Part shown: positions 9,929 through 19,589 of the stretch, in pieces | Position numbering within the stretch: the first letter of the stretch is position 1 | Layout of the letters: every line of letters starts with the position of its first letter | Virus record (IMG/VR): IMGVR_UViG_3300023174_000036 | Location: 124,001-188,000 of that record | Direction: 5' to 3' (one strand) | DNA: 64,000 nt | Notes under the pieces: generated by a model | What the model was told of the DNA's origin: nothing | Seen by the model: only the letters and a program-made list of their open reading frames with translations | The model's database searches: none | Made by a program: the position numbers and the translations under genes

Positions 9929-10536
9929 TTTTGTTTTTTAGTTGGCACTAAGTCTTCGGCAAGTCTACGGAAATTTGCGGCTTCTTTAGCTAGTCTATCA
10001 GCTTGACTACGATACAATTTAGCCTGTGCTTCTGGGCTTGCATCAGCAACAGTTTCAACTTCATTAACTGATGACGATGTTGTTCGTGTAACATTGCTTT
10101 CTGCTTGTTTAGCATTGGGTGTTTCTGCTTGTTTAGCATCAGGAATACCTGATTTAACAGACAAATCGTCAATTGCTACACCGCGCTGTTCTGCAATAAC
10201 TTGGTTAAGTTCCGACAACAAAATTGATACGGATGTTGTTGGTTGCATTTCAACTTGATCTGTTGAAATCTTAATCAACTTACCTTGTGTATGCAATGCT
10301 GAGAGCATAATGCTACCATCTGGAAAATTACCTCTTGCCAATGCATCTGCAAATTCATGAGCATCTTGGCCAGTTGTGCTTTCCACAAGATTGATAATAG
10401 CATCATGATAGCTATCTGGTAAATTTTCTGTTGGCACAATTAAGCAGTTGTATGCATCACCGGGTAGTGTACGGTATGCAACAACACATTTCTTGTTGGT
10501 AGATTTTACTCTACCTACGTGTTTGAGTTCAGCCAT
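9925..10536 (-). CDS. hypothetical protein
   Basis: 203 aa ORF overlapping neighbours; coiled-coil-like C-terminus. Confidence 0.7.
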   Translation of the reverse strand: MAELKHVGRVKSTNKKCVVAYRTLPGDAYNCLIVPTENLPDSYHDAIINLVESTTGQDAHEFADALARGNFPDGSIMLSALHTQGKLIKISTDQVEMQPTTSVSILLSELNQVIAEQRGVAIDDLSVKSGIPDAKQAETPNAKQAESNVTRTTSSSVNEVETVADASPEAQAKLYRSQADRLAKEAANFRRLAEDLVPTKKQK

Positions 10537-10765
10537 TTTGTTTTTGTCCTTCAGCTTGTTTAGCTACTTGATCTAAAAAAGCTGTTAATTTTGTATAAGT
10601 TTGTCCAACTGCTGTCATTTCATTTGGTTTAAATGCACCACGTGAACTGGCAATATCAATGATAACTTTCATTGCATTTAAATCGTTAATAGTTAAATCG
10701 TTTGGATTTTCTGCCGGAGCTTCAGTTTTTGGTAGCTCTTGATTGTCTTGTACGGATTCAGTCAT
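10529..10765 (-). CDS. hypothetical protein
   Basis: AAGGAG RBS; LTINDL...SSRGAFKPNEM. Confidence 0.7.
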   Translation of the reverse strand: MTESVQDNQELPKTEAPAENPNDLTINDLNAMKVIIDIASSRGAFKPNEMTAVGQTYTKLTAFLDQVAKQAEGQKQNG

Positions 10766-10797
10766 AGTGTATCTCCTTCGGTTAAGTACATAGTTAA

Positions 10798-11085
10798 TTA
10801 TCTCGTTTCTAAAAGCGGGCAGGCAATCCTGAAGAAACTTAATTCTTTTTCGCTTTCAAAACCTATTCGTGTATTATGCACAATTGTGTTAGATTGGTCT
10901 AACCCAATGCTTTGTCCAATATAATACCTACTATTTAAATTATTAAAGATCCAATGATCTATATTCTTGAGTAAAATTGGATTGTATCGTTCTATAGTAG
11001 TGTATTTAAAATGAGGACAGGCAACCCTAACCCTCCGTAATTCGAAATAATTTAAAGGATTAGGTTTGCCGTTTTTCAAACTCAT
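10798..11085 (-). CDS. hypothetical protein
   Basis: ORF packed between VWA gene and downstream genes. Confidence 0.6.
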   Translation of the reverse strand: MSLKNGKPNPLNYFELRRVRVACPHFKYTTIERYNPILLKNIDHWIFNNLNSRYYIGQSIGLDQSNTIVHNTRIGFESEKELSFFRIACPLLETR

Positions 11086-11086
11086 A

Positions 11087-12268
11087 TTATGCGTTTTCAG
11101 TCACTTCTTCGTAGTATGCAAATTCACCGAATGGTGGAACAATAGTTGTATTCCCGTGAATGATGAATACTGTATCGCAGTAATTTTCATCGCCCCAAGA
11201 GCCCCAGGGATACCCGTCTGTAAACATGATAAACTTTTTAGGTTGAATATCGTTAGCTTTCATGTATTCCCAGTTAGCATCAAACTCAGTGCCACCGCCA
11301 CCCATAACTTTGTAGTCATCAAACTCGTCCATGCTATAGCCATCGTAGTCGGCTTCGTTATATACTTTAGTATCAAAACACCATACTTTAATGTTAAAGT
11401 CTTGATACTCTTGCATAATACCTTTGATCTCTGTTAAGAAATCCTTAGCTTGGTCGTCTCCAATAGACCCTGACATATCAATTGCTACACAAATGTCAAT
11501 TGTTTCTTTAAAGTTAGTTCCTGGAAGAATAGCACCCATGTGCCAGCCTTTGCGATTTGGACGCATAAAACTAAAGTCGTCTCGGATAGTACTTTGGATT
11601 TGCTGACGAATAATTTCACGCCAGTTCATCTTAGGCTCGGTGAGTTCTTTAATCATTCGTTGGATACTTGCAGGTGTATTTCCTGCACCCGCGGCCTGAG
11701 CGGCTTGCAAAGTAGCTTCACGAATCTCGTCACGAATTTTCTTCAACTCGTCTTTGCTGTACTGCGGCTGTCCGTCTTTACCGTTCTCACCCCAGTCAAC
11801 GTGTTCGTCTAACAACTGACCAAGTGCATCTAATTCTTCTTCGTCGTGTTTGTTGTAAATTTCGTCATAGACTTCTTCTGCACCTTTGCCGTAATACTTG
11901 GCATCGTGGAAGATTTTAATCTCTGGAGGTTGCTCGCCAATGCGATCACGCACCAATTGTCCGTTAACACAATAGTCAGCGGCAATATTCCAAATACGTT
12001 TATTTCGACCTTCCACACGAGTCATATGATCAAACACGTTATGCAAAATTTCATGTGCAATAACAAATTCGATTTGTTTAGTAGTTAAAGGTGTAAAAAA
12101 TTCACGATTAAAATAAATTGTACGCCCGTCTGTAGCGGCAGTGGGAAGCCAGTCGCTTGCTTCTTCAATTTTTAGGCGTGTAGCCATATTGCCAAAGAAT
12201 GGATGGCGGAGTAGTAGACCTACACGGGCTACGATAATTTTGTCGATAATTGGATCTGCGTGTGACAT
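11087..12268 (-). CDS. metallopeptidase-like (HExxH) plus VWA domain protein
   Basis: TAATDG, AHEILH zincin motif, C-terminal IDMSGS MIDAS, GGGGTEF, FTDG. Confidence 0.85.
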   Translation of the reverse strand: MSHADPIIDKIIVARVGLLLRHPFFGNMATRLKIEEASDWLPTAATDGRTIYFNREFFTPLTTKQIEFVIAHEILHNVFDHMTRVEGRNKRIWNIAADYCVNGQLVRDRIGEQPPEIKIFHDAKYYGKGAEEVYDEIYNKHDEEELDALGQLLDEHVDWGENGKDGQPQYSKDELKKIRDEIREATLQAAQAAGAGNTPASIQRMIKELTEPKMNWREIIRQQIQSTIRDDFSFMRPNRKGWHMGAILPGTNFKETIDICVAIDMSGSIGDDQAKDFLTEIKGIMQEYQDFNIKVWCFDTKVYNEADYDGYSMDEFDDYKVMGGGGTEFDANWEYMKANDIQPKKFIMFTDGYPWGSWGDENYCDTVFIIHGNTTIVPPFGEFAYYEEVTENA

Positions 12269-12297
12269 ATTTGCTCCTGAATTTACTGTATGTATAT

Positions 12298-12326
12298 ATT
12301 ATAACACCGCCCGAAGGCGGTGTCAA
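12298..12326 (-). promoter_or_regulatory. perfect sigma70 promoter with extended -10
   Basis: Minus strand TTGACA-ccgccttcgggcggtgt(17)-TATAAT, TG at -15/-14. Confidence 0.8.
12304..12323 (-). terminator. UUCG hairpin between MoxR and VWA genes (terminator or processing site)
   Basis: ACACCGCC-TTCG-GGCGGTGT perfect 8 bp stem; only a weak U tail. Confidence 0.45.
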
Positions 12327-12341
12327 TCACTGCATTTTCAA

Positions 12342-13436
12342 TTACTTAGTCTTGTCAGTGGCTTGTGCAATGTACTTGCCAAACTTTTTATGGAACTCGT
12401 CAAAACATGCAATTTCGTCCGGATCCAGTGGCAATTTGTAAGTGCTCAATGCCAACTTAGTTCCCATGATAACCAATTCTGTTTCAAAGTTATTCATCAT
12501 AAATTCGAAGAAATTGTTAGTTTGCTCGCTCCAGTTTTTGGCTTTCTTGTCGCAAGATTCTTTCAATTCGTAGCACAATGACACAGTCAAAGAGTACATG
12601 GCAGAAATTTCTTTACTATCCATTTTCTTAACTTTGCCACTCAAAATATCGCTTGGATTTGGCATTTTGCTAGCATGTTTACGGTGAGCCATAAACTTAA
12701 GAGCAAGCCCTTCACCAACAGAACCTGACACCAAATCAGTCAATGTATCTGCATCGCAGTCGTCATCGTGCAACAATTCGCTAACAAAAGACCAGCTACG
12801 TGGAGTAGCAAATGCACGTGAGCTAGACTTAGGATCAAAGTCATACAAGTCTTTCTTAGAGAAACTCAAGAAACCAACTACGTCCTTATGCACTTTGTTT
12901 TCAGCGGCCCACTCAAAGTAGTCATCCCACTCAACAGTCATTTCCAAGTGAACAAAACGGTTAGCCAACGGAGCAGGCATACGGAATGTAACACCCTTGT
13001 CAGTTTCACGATTACCAGCCGCAACCATTACCACATTGTCTGGCAGTTTGTAAGTACCAACTCGGCGATTCAAAATCAATTGATAAGCCGCGGCCTGTAC
13101 GCTGGGAGCCGCACTATTCATTTCGTCCATGAACAAAATAATAGTTTTATGATGTTTTGCCATTACTTCGTCTGGCAATTCGCTAGGAGGAGCCCAAACC
13201 ATTTTGCTTGTGTTTGAGTCAAAATATGGAATACCTTTAATATCAGTAGGTTCCCACAATGACAAACGAACGTCAATAACGTGAGCTTCTAGCTCAGTAC
13301 CGAGTTGTTTAATAATATCCGACTTGCCAATTCCGGGAGGACCCCACAGGAAAATTGGACGCTGATTCTTAAACGCTTTGCGCAAAGACTTTTTAGCACC
13401 TTTAGGGCCTACGGTGCGGCTAATAATTTCTGCCAT
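12342..13436 (-). CDS. MoxR-like AAA+ ATPase
   Basis: GPPGIGKS Walker A, LFMDEMN Walker B, PAPLANRF, TPRSW. Confidence 0.9.
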   Translation of the reverse strand: MAEIISRTVGPKGAKKSLRKAFKNQRPIFLWGPPGIGKSDIIKQLGTELEAHVIDVRLSLWEPTDIKGIPYFDSNTSKMVWAPPSELPDEVMAKHHKTIILFMDEMNSAAPSVQAAAYQLILNRRVGTYKLPDNVVMVAAGNRETDKGVTFRMPAPLANRFVHLEMTVEWDDYFEWAAENKVHKDVVGFLSFSKKDLYDFDPKSSSRAFATPRSWSFVSELLHDDDCDADTLTDLVSGSVGEGLALKFMAHRKHASKMPNPSDILSGKVKKMDSKEISAMYSLTVSLCYELKESCDKKAKNWSEQTNNFFEFMMNNFETELVIMGTKLALSTYKLPLDPDEIACFDEFHKKFGKYIAQATDKTK

Positions 13437-13488
13437 TTTACATTTCCTATCTTAAGTTAGCGGGGTTAAAAAATTAAGCTATGTGTAT

Positions 13489-13517
13489 ATTATATGGCCT
13501 AACCGCAACAAAGTCAA
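13489..13517 (-). promoter_or_regulatory. sigma70-type promoter
   Basis: TTGACT-17-TATAAT upstream of MoxR gene. Confidence 0.75.
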
Positions 13518-13555
13518 GTAAATTTTCAAGCAGTATTCTTGAATCTAGCCAAAAA

Positions 13556-13945
13556 TTAAGATTCTTTTTGGCGTTCGCTCATGGCCTTAACCAAACCAAA
13601 TTTGCGGATATCGTCCGAAAACAAATACAGTTCAAAACTCTTACGTTCGGAAAACACTGTAATACTTTGGTTTGTTAAGTAGTAAGGACAATCGATATAT
13701 TTTTCCAAAAATATGATTGTTTGAGGACTGAGCTCAATTGGCTCAGTGAATGGGATTTCATACATCTGAATTTCTAAAATGGTTGTTAGAAATTCATAAC
13801 CTTCGTCGCTTAGTCTAAATGCATTGGGTTTATTGACTCGATTTGATTGCCACCATTTTCTATTGTACAGTTCGATATTTGCATCATCTATACTTTTACC
13901 CCATTGTTGTAAAAATATTTTGGTTAGCAAATTTCGATCAATCAT
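13556..13945 (-). CDS. hypothetical protein
   Basis: 129 aa ORF, ATGA-coupled. Confidence 0.65.
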   Translation of the reverse strand: MIDRNLLTKIFLQQWGKSIDDANIELYNRKWWQSNRVNKPNAFRLSDEGYEFLTTILEIQMYEIPFTEPIELSPQTIIFLEKYIDCPYYLTNQSITVFSERKSFELYLFSDDIRKFGLVKAMSERQKES

Positions 13946-14226
13946 GGTACTACAGTGCCTTGTGTCAATTTTATCACTTGGAAGTCTTCAGTGCCAAACG
14001 TTAAATTTAATTTCTTAGCAAGGTTCAATGCGTGACCAGGATTACTGAAACTGGTCTTTTTATATTTAGGACCGGGATAGCTGGTAAGACTGTTAAACGA
14101 TTTTAAATTGAAAGGCTCGTTCTTATAGAACACGGCCCAAATGGCTTCAGATTCTAAAATCTGCTCAGATTTGTAAGTTTTTTTGTTAGTATACTCTAAC
14201 AACACTTTAGGCTTGGGTCTTGACAT
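13942..14226 (-). CDS. hypothetical protein
   Basis: ORF track 13942..14253; likely start MSRPKPK at 14226; late promoter ATAAATA at 14255..14261. Confidence 0.65.
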   Translation of the reverse strand: MSRPKPKVLLEYTNKKTYKSEQILESEAIWAVFYKNEPFNLKSFNSLTSYPGPKYKKTSFSNPGHALNLAKKLNLTFGTEDFQVIKLTQGTVVP

Positions 14227-14264
14227 AATATGCGTCTCTCGATAAGTACGCATATATTTATCTT

Positions 14265-14513
14265 TTATTTAGGCTCTACAAAGCCTCCGCCATCCATAGT
14301 AACAGTTATTACTTCTGTATTTTGAGTATTTTTAAGAGCACTGTACAATGTTTCCCAGTCCCTATTCAGTTTATCCAACGTTTCAGTTAGTGCTAGATTT
14401 AATAACCTTGCTTGCTGTATGGTCAATTTAACTTCTTTTTGTTGATTAAGTTCAGCTACTCTAAGTAGCTGAACAAATTGTGTTATTGGAGTTAGATTAA
14501 TAGGATTTTGCAT
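14265..14513 (-). CDS. hypothetical protein
   Basis: ORF in packed operon. Confidence 0.55.
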   Translation of the reverse strand: MQNPINLTPITQFVQLLRVAELNQQKEVKLTIQQARLLNLALTETLDKLNRDWETLYSALKNTQNTEVITVTMDGGGFVEPK

Positions 14514-15072
14514 TTGCCAACACTGCCTTCATTTCTAGTTTATCTTTAAAAGGACCTTTAAATGGATATCGTTCAATGGTAATAGCTTTAGGACAAAAAC
14601 TCTTAACCCACCCTTTATTAAATTTAATAATGTAATAGCCCGCACAGTATAAACTTTTACTGGCATTTGATTTTGTAAATAATGCCAATTTACGTCTCAC
14701 ATCGTACATACTATTAAACGGCTCACACAATGTTGGGTATCCGTGACATTCAAAATTTTCTTCTTCGGATGCAGTAACTTTGACTTTGACTTTGCTACTA
14801 GATAGAAAGAAACCATCACCAAACTGTTTGGTTAAATCTTGCTTTTTGTTGAACATTACCTCGCCGGTAGTGCTACTCAAAATAAATTTGTTATTTTCTT
14901 TTTTATGTAATGTGGCAATTTTGGATCCATCTTTTTCAACAATCCAAAATTTTCCATCCACAATAGGTTTTGCGTATATTTCTGTCATTATTCTTCCTTG
15001 TATTTTGCTTGGAACGGTTCTGCATATGTTTGTATATTGTCCGCAATCTTTTTCATATCCCACGTATTGCAA
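14497..15072 (-). CDS. hypothetical protein (true start probably MTEIYAKP)
   Basis: Coding-like sequence downstream of RNase H. Confidence 0.6.
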   Translation of the reverse strand: MQYVGYEKDCGQYTNICRTVPSKIQGRIMTEIYAKPIVDGKFWIVEKDGSKIATLHKKENNKFILSSTTGEVMFNKKQDLTKQFGDGFFLSSSKVKVKVTASEEENFECHGYPTLCEPFNSMYDVRRKLALFTKSNASKSLYCAGYYIIKFNKGWVKSFCPKAITIERYPFKGPFKDKLEMKAVLANAKSY

Positions 15073-15974
15073 AATTTTAACATGCGAATTCCCACTTGAT
15101 CTACAGATTTAGAAACAGCATTTGCTTTCACAGTTTCCATAATCTTTTCTTTAATCTCAGCGGGCTGTGCAGTCAAGTCGCACAACTGTATGTTGCGTTG
15201 ATAATCCTCTAGCACACGATGTTCTAAACCGTTATGGTCGGTCCAACGCTGAAGCATGAGATTGTTCCACGAGTAGCCTTTGCTTTTACGATCTTCAAAC
15301 GCTTCAATTAGACCAACTTTGTTTTTACTGCCTTTAGTACGTACACCAGGATATGCAGAAAAGACGTTGTCGCTGGTATCGCCCCGCATACATTTTTCAA
15401 ACAGCATCCATTCGGGATCTTGTGCGGCCTTAGGCTCACCGGTCTTTTTATCCTTAACAGGTTTACCTTTAGCATCAAAGGTGCCTTCGTGTGTAATATG
15501 CAAATCGCCTACGCCATTATATTGGCTCACATTAGCGTTAATCAATTGTGCAAAATCCCCATCTGTGCTGATGATAACATGTTTTGTATCTGGATGTGCT
15601 TGTACCCAGCCAGCAATTAAGTCATCTGCTTCTAGATTAGGATGTTGCATCACAGTGCAGTTGGTCTTTTCTGTGACAAACTTTTTGAATTCGTCAAATG
15701 CTTCCCAAAACAACTTGTCTTCTTCTTGTTGTTTTTCAGTTAACGCATCTCTAGCTTCTTTACGATTGGCCTTATACGGAGTATAAAAGTCCTTGCGCCA
15801 GCTACGACCTTCGAGGCAGAACACCACATGACTACCACCAAAGTCTTGCCATGCTTTTTTAATAGAGTTGAAAGTAATATGAAAAGCCATGCCAAGTTTG
15901 ATATCAGCACTGCCTTGCACCACATGTCTAGCACGAAAGAACGTGTTAGCAGTATCAACTATAATATGTGTCAT
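14988..15974 (-). CDS. rnh: T4 RNase H-like 5'-3' exonuclease
   Basis: IVDTAN, YKANR, LEADDLIA, ISTDGDFAQL, GDTSDNV 5' nuclease motifs. Confidence 0.9.
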   Translation of the reverse strand: MTHIIVDTANTFFRARHVVQGSADIKLGMAFHITFNSIKKAWQDFGGSHVVFCLEGRSWRKDFYTPYKANRKEARDALTEKQQEEDKLFWEAFDEFKKFVTEKTNCTVMQHPNLEADDLIAGWVQAHPDTKHVIISTDGDFAQLINANVSQYNGVGDLHITHEGTFDAKGKPVKDKKTGEPKAAQDPEWMLFEKCMRGDTSDNVFSAYPGVRTKGSKNKVGLIEAFEDRKSKGYSWNNLMLQRWTDHNGLEHRVLEDYQRNIQLCDLTAQPAEIKEKIMETVKANAVSKSVDQVGIRMLKFCNTWDMKKIADNIQTYAEPFQAKYKEE

Positions 15975-16417
15975 TCTACCTCTGCTTTGCCATCGGCAAG
16001 TTTTGTTACATTAATATATCCAGCACCTACACGTCCGGGATCGGCTACTCCAGCTTCGCCCAACATGTTTCTTGCCAAATCTCTAAACCAACGATCTACA
16101 ATTTCTTCATCAGGATCTCCATCGTAGCCGTATCCTGCACGTTTTAATTCTAGCACAAATATCTCATTCCAGTCAAGCTCAAAAAAACCGTTACGGATAT
16201 TATCTTTGTTTACATGAGTGTCCAGCACAGCTACCCACGGCTCGCCTTTGGCAGTAGCACGTTCTTTTGGTGTTAGTTTAGCTTGAGCTTCTAATTCTTG
16301 AGCTTTGGTTGTTTCTGCTTGTGCTAGAGCCAGTGCTTCTTGCGCTTGAGTTTTTTCAGCTTCAAGTTTATCAATACCAAATAATCGTTTGATTAATTTT
16401 TTCATCAAGTTCCCCAC
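15971..16417 (-). CDS. hypothetical protein
   Basis: Packed ORF with FFELDWN motif. Confidence 0.65.
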   Translation of the reverse strand: MGNLMKKLIKRLFGIDKLEAEKTQAQEALALAQAETTKAQELEAQAKLTPKERATAKGEPWVAVLDTHVNKDNIRNGFFELDWNEIFVLELKRAGYGYDGDPDEEIVDRWFRDLARNMLGEAGVADPGRVGAGYINVTKLADGKAEVE

Positions 16418-17262
16418 TCGTTTTTAAACAACGGCACTTGTAGTCTATCGCTGTAGCGCAAGCCATTTTTCATAGCAAGTTCTGCAACACGGCGATTGTT
16501 CAAAGTATAAACGCTTTCAACACCACCAACAGGCATTAAGTATACTGGACCAGTAAATCCATTTTCTCTATAAATGTCTGCGGTTTCAATTGCTTCTTCT
16601 GCATCTTCTTCAGTTGCAACAACAAATTTCAAATATACATAACCCACATCTTGATAGTCATTAACAACTTCGGGTTTAATAGCTTCGTGTCTTGCCTCAC
16701 CACTGCAACTTAATTTGGCACTAACACTAAATGTCACACACCGTTCACCAGGCATACGCATGGTCCAATCCTGCAAGTATTCTTTAAATTCGGGTGTTAA
16801 TGGTTGAGTTCCATTGGTTTCAAAAGTAATTTCCTTTAACTGATTCATATAAACATGATCCAGTAAATCAGGATAAGCACGTTGCCAACCCAACAACGGT
16901 TCACCGCCAGTAATAACCAAATGCTCGTCGACCCATGTTTTATGTGGAAGTATTTCTACAATCTGTTCTGCAATGCCATCTGTTTCCATCAAAGGGCTTA
17001 GGTCTTTAAAACGTGGATCCCAACTTGCATAACTATCACACCCTGTACTTACTAATGGTAAGTCGTTGTAAGTTTTAAATTCTGCAATGCGTTCTGCAAT
17101 TGGTTCTATTTCATTACTTAGTTGACCTTTAGGCATGCCAAATCCAGAACATTTAAAGTTACAACCAAATGTACGTAGAAACACCGACGGGACGCCCATA
17201 TAGCGTCCTTCTCCTTGAATTGAATAAAACAATTCAGCAACTTTTAATTTACTCATACACAA
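16405..17262 (-). CDS. queE: 7-carboxy-7-deazaguanine synthase (radical SAM)
   Basis: ELFYSIQGEG, FLRTFGCNFKC...CDS split CxxxCxxC, ITGGEP, FETNGT, QVPLF. Confidence 0.9.
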   Translation of the reverse strand: MCMSKLKVAELFYSIQGEGRYMGVPSVFLRTFGCNFKCSGFGMPKGQLSNEIEPIAERIAEFKTYNDLPLVSTGCDSYASWDPRFKDLSPLMETDGIAEQIVEILPHKTWVDEHLVITGGEPLLGWQRAYPDLLDHVYMNQLKEITFETNGTQPLTPEFKEYLQDWTMRMPGERCVTFSVSAKLSCSGEARHEAIKPEVVNDYQDVGYVYLKFVVATEEDAEEAIETADIYRENGFTGPVYLMPVGGVESVYTLNNRRVAELAMKNGLRYSDRLQVPLFKNEWGT

Positions 17263-17642
17263 TCCTGTTCTTTTGCCATTTTTGCTATTGTAGCACGTTC
17301 TTCTTTGTTTCGCCTAGCATTTTGAAACTCTTCAACATCTGTAATAGCACTTTTCAAAGTTTCTGCATAGTTAAGAGCTTGTTGTTTACTTAGATGTACT
17401 GAAGATTCAGTATCGATATAACCTTTGGTCAATAATGTCCAAATATGATACCATCGTGTTTTACTCCAATAATTTGTTTTGCCTGTAGTATAAATGGTCA
17501 CAACAATATCGCAATCATCTGCTTCTACCCACATGTTATGATTGTGATTTTCGTCATGACAATTACAAGCAATTCGGTAGACTTTACTGTCACCCCAATC
17601 GTTTGTTTTCATAATGCCTTCGGCCGGCACTTGTATTTTCAT
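17253..17642 (-). CDS. hypothetical protein
   Basis: 129 aa ORF coupled to queE. Confidence 0.6.
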   Translation of the reverse strand: MKIQVPAEGIMKTNDWGDSKVYRIACNCHDENHNHNMWVEADDCDIVVTIYTTGKTNYWSKTRWYHIWTLLTKGYIDTESSVHLSKQQALNYAETLKSAITDVEEFQNARRNKEERATIAKMAKEQDCV

Positions 17643-17953
17643 CGTAGTGACTCCAACATTGAAATTTTAGCAATCTTTTCGCCAAAGTCTTCGTCTTTAC
17701 CAATAATGTATACCTGGCGATCATTACGATCAGTTTTAGGATCATAACGATTAAATTCTACAACTTTACCACCGACTGCACTATACACTTTAAATTGAAG
17801 TGTGGGTTCGCTGTCAATGCCTGAGCGTGTGCTAGCGGTATTCATACCGCGACTCAATTTAGGAGTTGGATAACAATCTTCTTCACGAGCCTGACCAGCG
17901 TTTTCCCAATCTTCTCGCACCCACTTGACTATCATTCTTTTAAACCATTTCAT
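17639..17953 (-). CDS. hypothetical protein
   Basis: ATGA-coupled ORF. Confidence 0.6.
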   Translation of the reverse strand: MKWFKRMIVKWVREDWENAGQAREEDCYPTPKLSRGMNTASTRSGIDSEPTLQFKVYSAVGGKVVEFNRYDPKTDRNDRQVYIIGKDEDFGEKIAKISMLESLR

Positions 17954-18144
17954 AATGACATGATCCTTTCTATTACTTTCTTCGCATCAGCAAATTCACC
18001 ACGATCCAACCTAGCTTCAATTTGAATTTCGTATTCTTCGCGAAGGTGTCTAAGATAAGGACGCATTTGGTAAGTGGCATACGGTTGCGTCCACTTAATA
18101 GTATAAAGATATTTTGGATTCATTCTACATCCTCTTCGAACCAT
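17950..18144 (-). CDS. hypothetical protein
   Basis: Small ORF, probable start MNPKY at 18123. Confidence 0.5.
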   Translation of the reverse strand: MVRRGCRMNPKYLYTIKWTQPYATYQMRPYLRHLREEYEIQIEARLDRGEFADAKKVIERIMSL

Positions 18145-18338
18145 TCGTCTACCATTTCTTCTGCTTCCGCTTGCGTAAGTGCAGGCACAAATAATCGAGC
18201 AGGTTGTCCTATTGTATGTTGTATATTAAATCTAACAATACCACCAGGTATGCTATTAAAATCTCGTTCAACTACAAACTCTTTTAGATTTTTTGCACGA
18301 TGTATTAATTGATTAGTTAAATCTTGGGCTGTTGTCAT
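18120..18338 (-). CDS. hypothetical protein
   Basis: ATGA-coupled to folE. Confidence 0.55.
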   Translation of the reverse strand: MTTAQDLTNQLIHRAKNLKEFVVERDFNSIPGGIVRFNIQHTIGQPARLFVPALTQAEAEEMVDEWFEEDVE

Positions 18339-19171
18339 CTTGGGGCAAACTCCTGTTGCATTTTAATATTGTCAAAAAATTCTTTCTTCGCTCCAGGGTC
18401 AGTCTTAAATGTACCTTGTAGCACCGTAGTCTGTGTAAGACTTGAGTGTGCCATAATTCCACGATTCTCACAACACCCATGTATAGCCTGAATATATACG
18501 CCTAAGTTTTCAGCGCCTGTGGCTTTTTGGATCTCTCTAGCAATGTCATTACAAAGTTCCTCCTGGAGAGTACCTCTACGGGCACACCACTGGGCGATAC
18601 GTGTGTACTTGCTGAGTCCGATGAGTTTCTCAGCCGCAATAATACCAATATAAGCAACGCCAGTAACGGGTTGGTGATGATGGCTACACATACTGCGAAG
18701 CTCGCTACGAACAACCAGCATACCTTCGTAGCGATCCTTCGTATCGTTTGGAAATGCTGTTGCGTCTGGTGCTGGTTCATATCTACCTGCCATTATTTCA
18801 TTAAAGTACATCTTGGCAAGTCTACGTGCTGTGCCTTTTGAGTTTGGATCGTTTTCTCGATCAATAAGCAATCGATCGAGCACTAGTTCAAATGCTTCTG
18901 TTGCCTCGTCAATTAGTTTTTCTTTATCGCCTTCGTGAAGATAATCACTGATATTATCTCCAGCCCAAAACCGTTTTTTATCGCGTTTCATTTTAAAACG
19001 AAGATGATCGCCGAGGTATGCTTCTTGATATCCGCCATCTCCAGCCATAGCGTCTAGTGCTGTTTCTTTTTTAATATATACAGGCTTACCTAGTGGCTCG
19101 TATTTGTCCTCAATAAATTCTCGACCATCGGGGGCGTTCATTACCGGATCTGTTTTAAATTCTCTAGTCAT
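18335..19171 (-). CDS. folE: GTP cyclohydrolase I
   Basis: SMCSHHHQP, IGLSKY.RI, QEEL, HGCCENRG. Confidence 0.93.
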   Translation of the reverse strand: MTREFKTDPVMNAPDGREFIEDKYEPLGKPVYIKKETALDAMAGDGGYQEAYLGDHLRFKMKRDKKRFWAGDNISDYLHEGDKEKLIDEATEAFELVLDRLLIDRENDPNSKGTARRLAKMYFNEIMAGRYEPAPDATAFPNDTKDRYEGMLVVRSELRSMCSHHHQPVTGVAYIGIIAAEKLIGLSKYTRIAQWCARRGTLQEELCNDIAREIQKATGAENLGVYIQAIHGCCENRGIMAHSSLTQTTVLQGTFKTDPGAKKEFFDNIKMQQEFAPR

Positions 19172-19189
19172 TATTACTCCTATGTTTGT

Positions 19190-19218
19190 ATTATATAGGT
19201 TTATTTAGGTTTTTGCAA
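19190..19218 (-). promoter_or_regulatory. sigma70-type promoter for folE operon
   Basis: TTGCAA-17-TATAAT then AGGAG RBS. Confidence 0.65.
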
Positions 19219-19416
19219 GATATTTTCTGCTCGAAGTTTTCGACATTGTTCCTTAACTTCTAACGGAAAGTCCGGACTAATCTCTGATATTGAACAGTTA
19301 TACGCTATCACATCGCCTTTTTTTGGAAGTGATAAAAATATTATCGGAATTGCTATTAAAAATGCAACAGCAACTACGGCTATTTCTACAGTCTCTCGCT
19401 TAGTAAAATTCTGCAT
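19201..19416 (-). CDS. small membrane protein
   Basis: Single hydrophobic segment IAVVAVAFLIAIPIIFLSL. Confidence 0.5.
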   Translation of the reverse strand: MQNFTKRETVEIAVVAVAFLIAIPIIFLSLPKKGDVIAYNCSISEISPDFPLEVKEQCRKLRAENILQKPK

Positions 19417-19589
19417 AAGTCAGCATCCTTTTCGTTTTTAAAATTAAAAAACATAGCATCATGTTTTGGATGAGTTGAATATCTTTCACCAGGCAATCCG
19501 AATACTTCTAACACAATAGCACAGGTTTCATTCCACCAAAATCCATTTTGGTTATCCCATACTACGGAGACTGTATTTTCCGTAATCAC
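19386..19589 (-). CDS. hypothetical protein
   Basis: Small coupled ORF. Confidence 0.5.
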   Translation of the reverse strand: MITENTVSVVWDNQNGFWWNETCAIVLEVFGLPGERYSTHPKHDAMFFNFKNEKDADLCRILLSERL

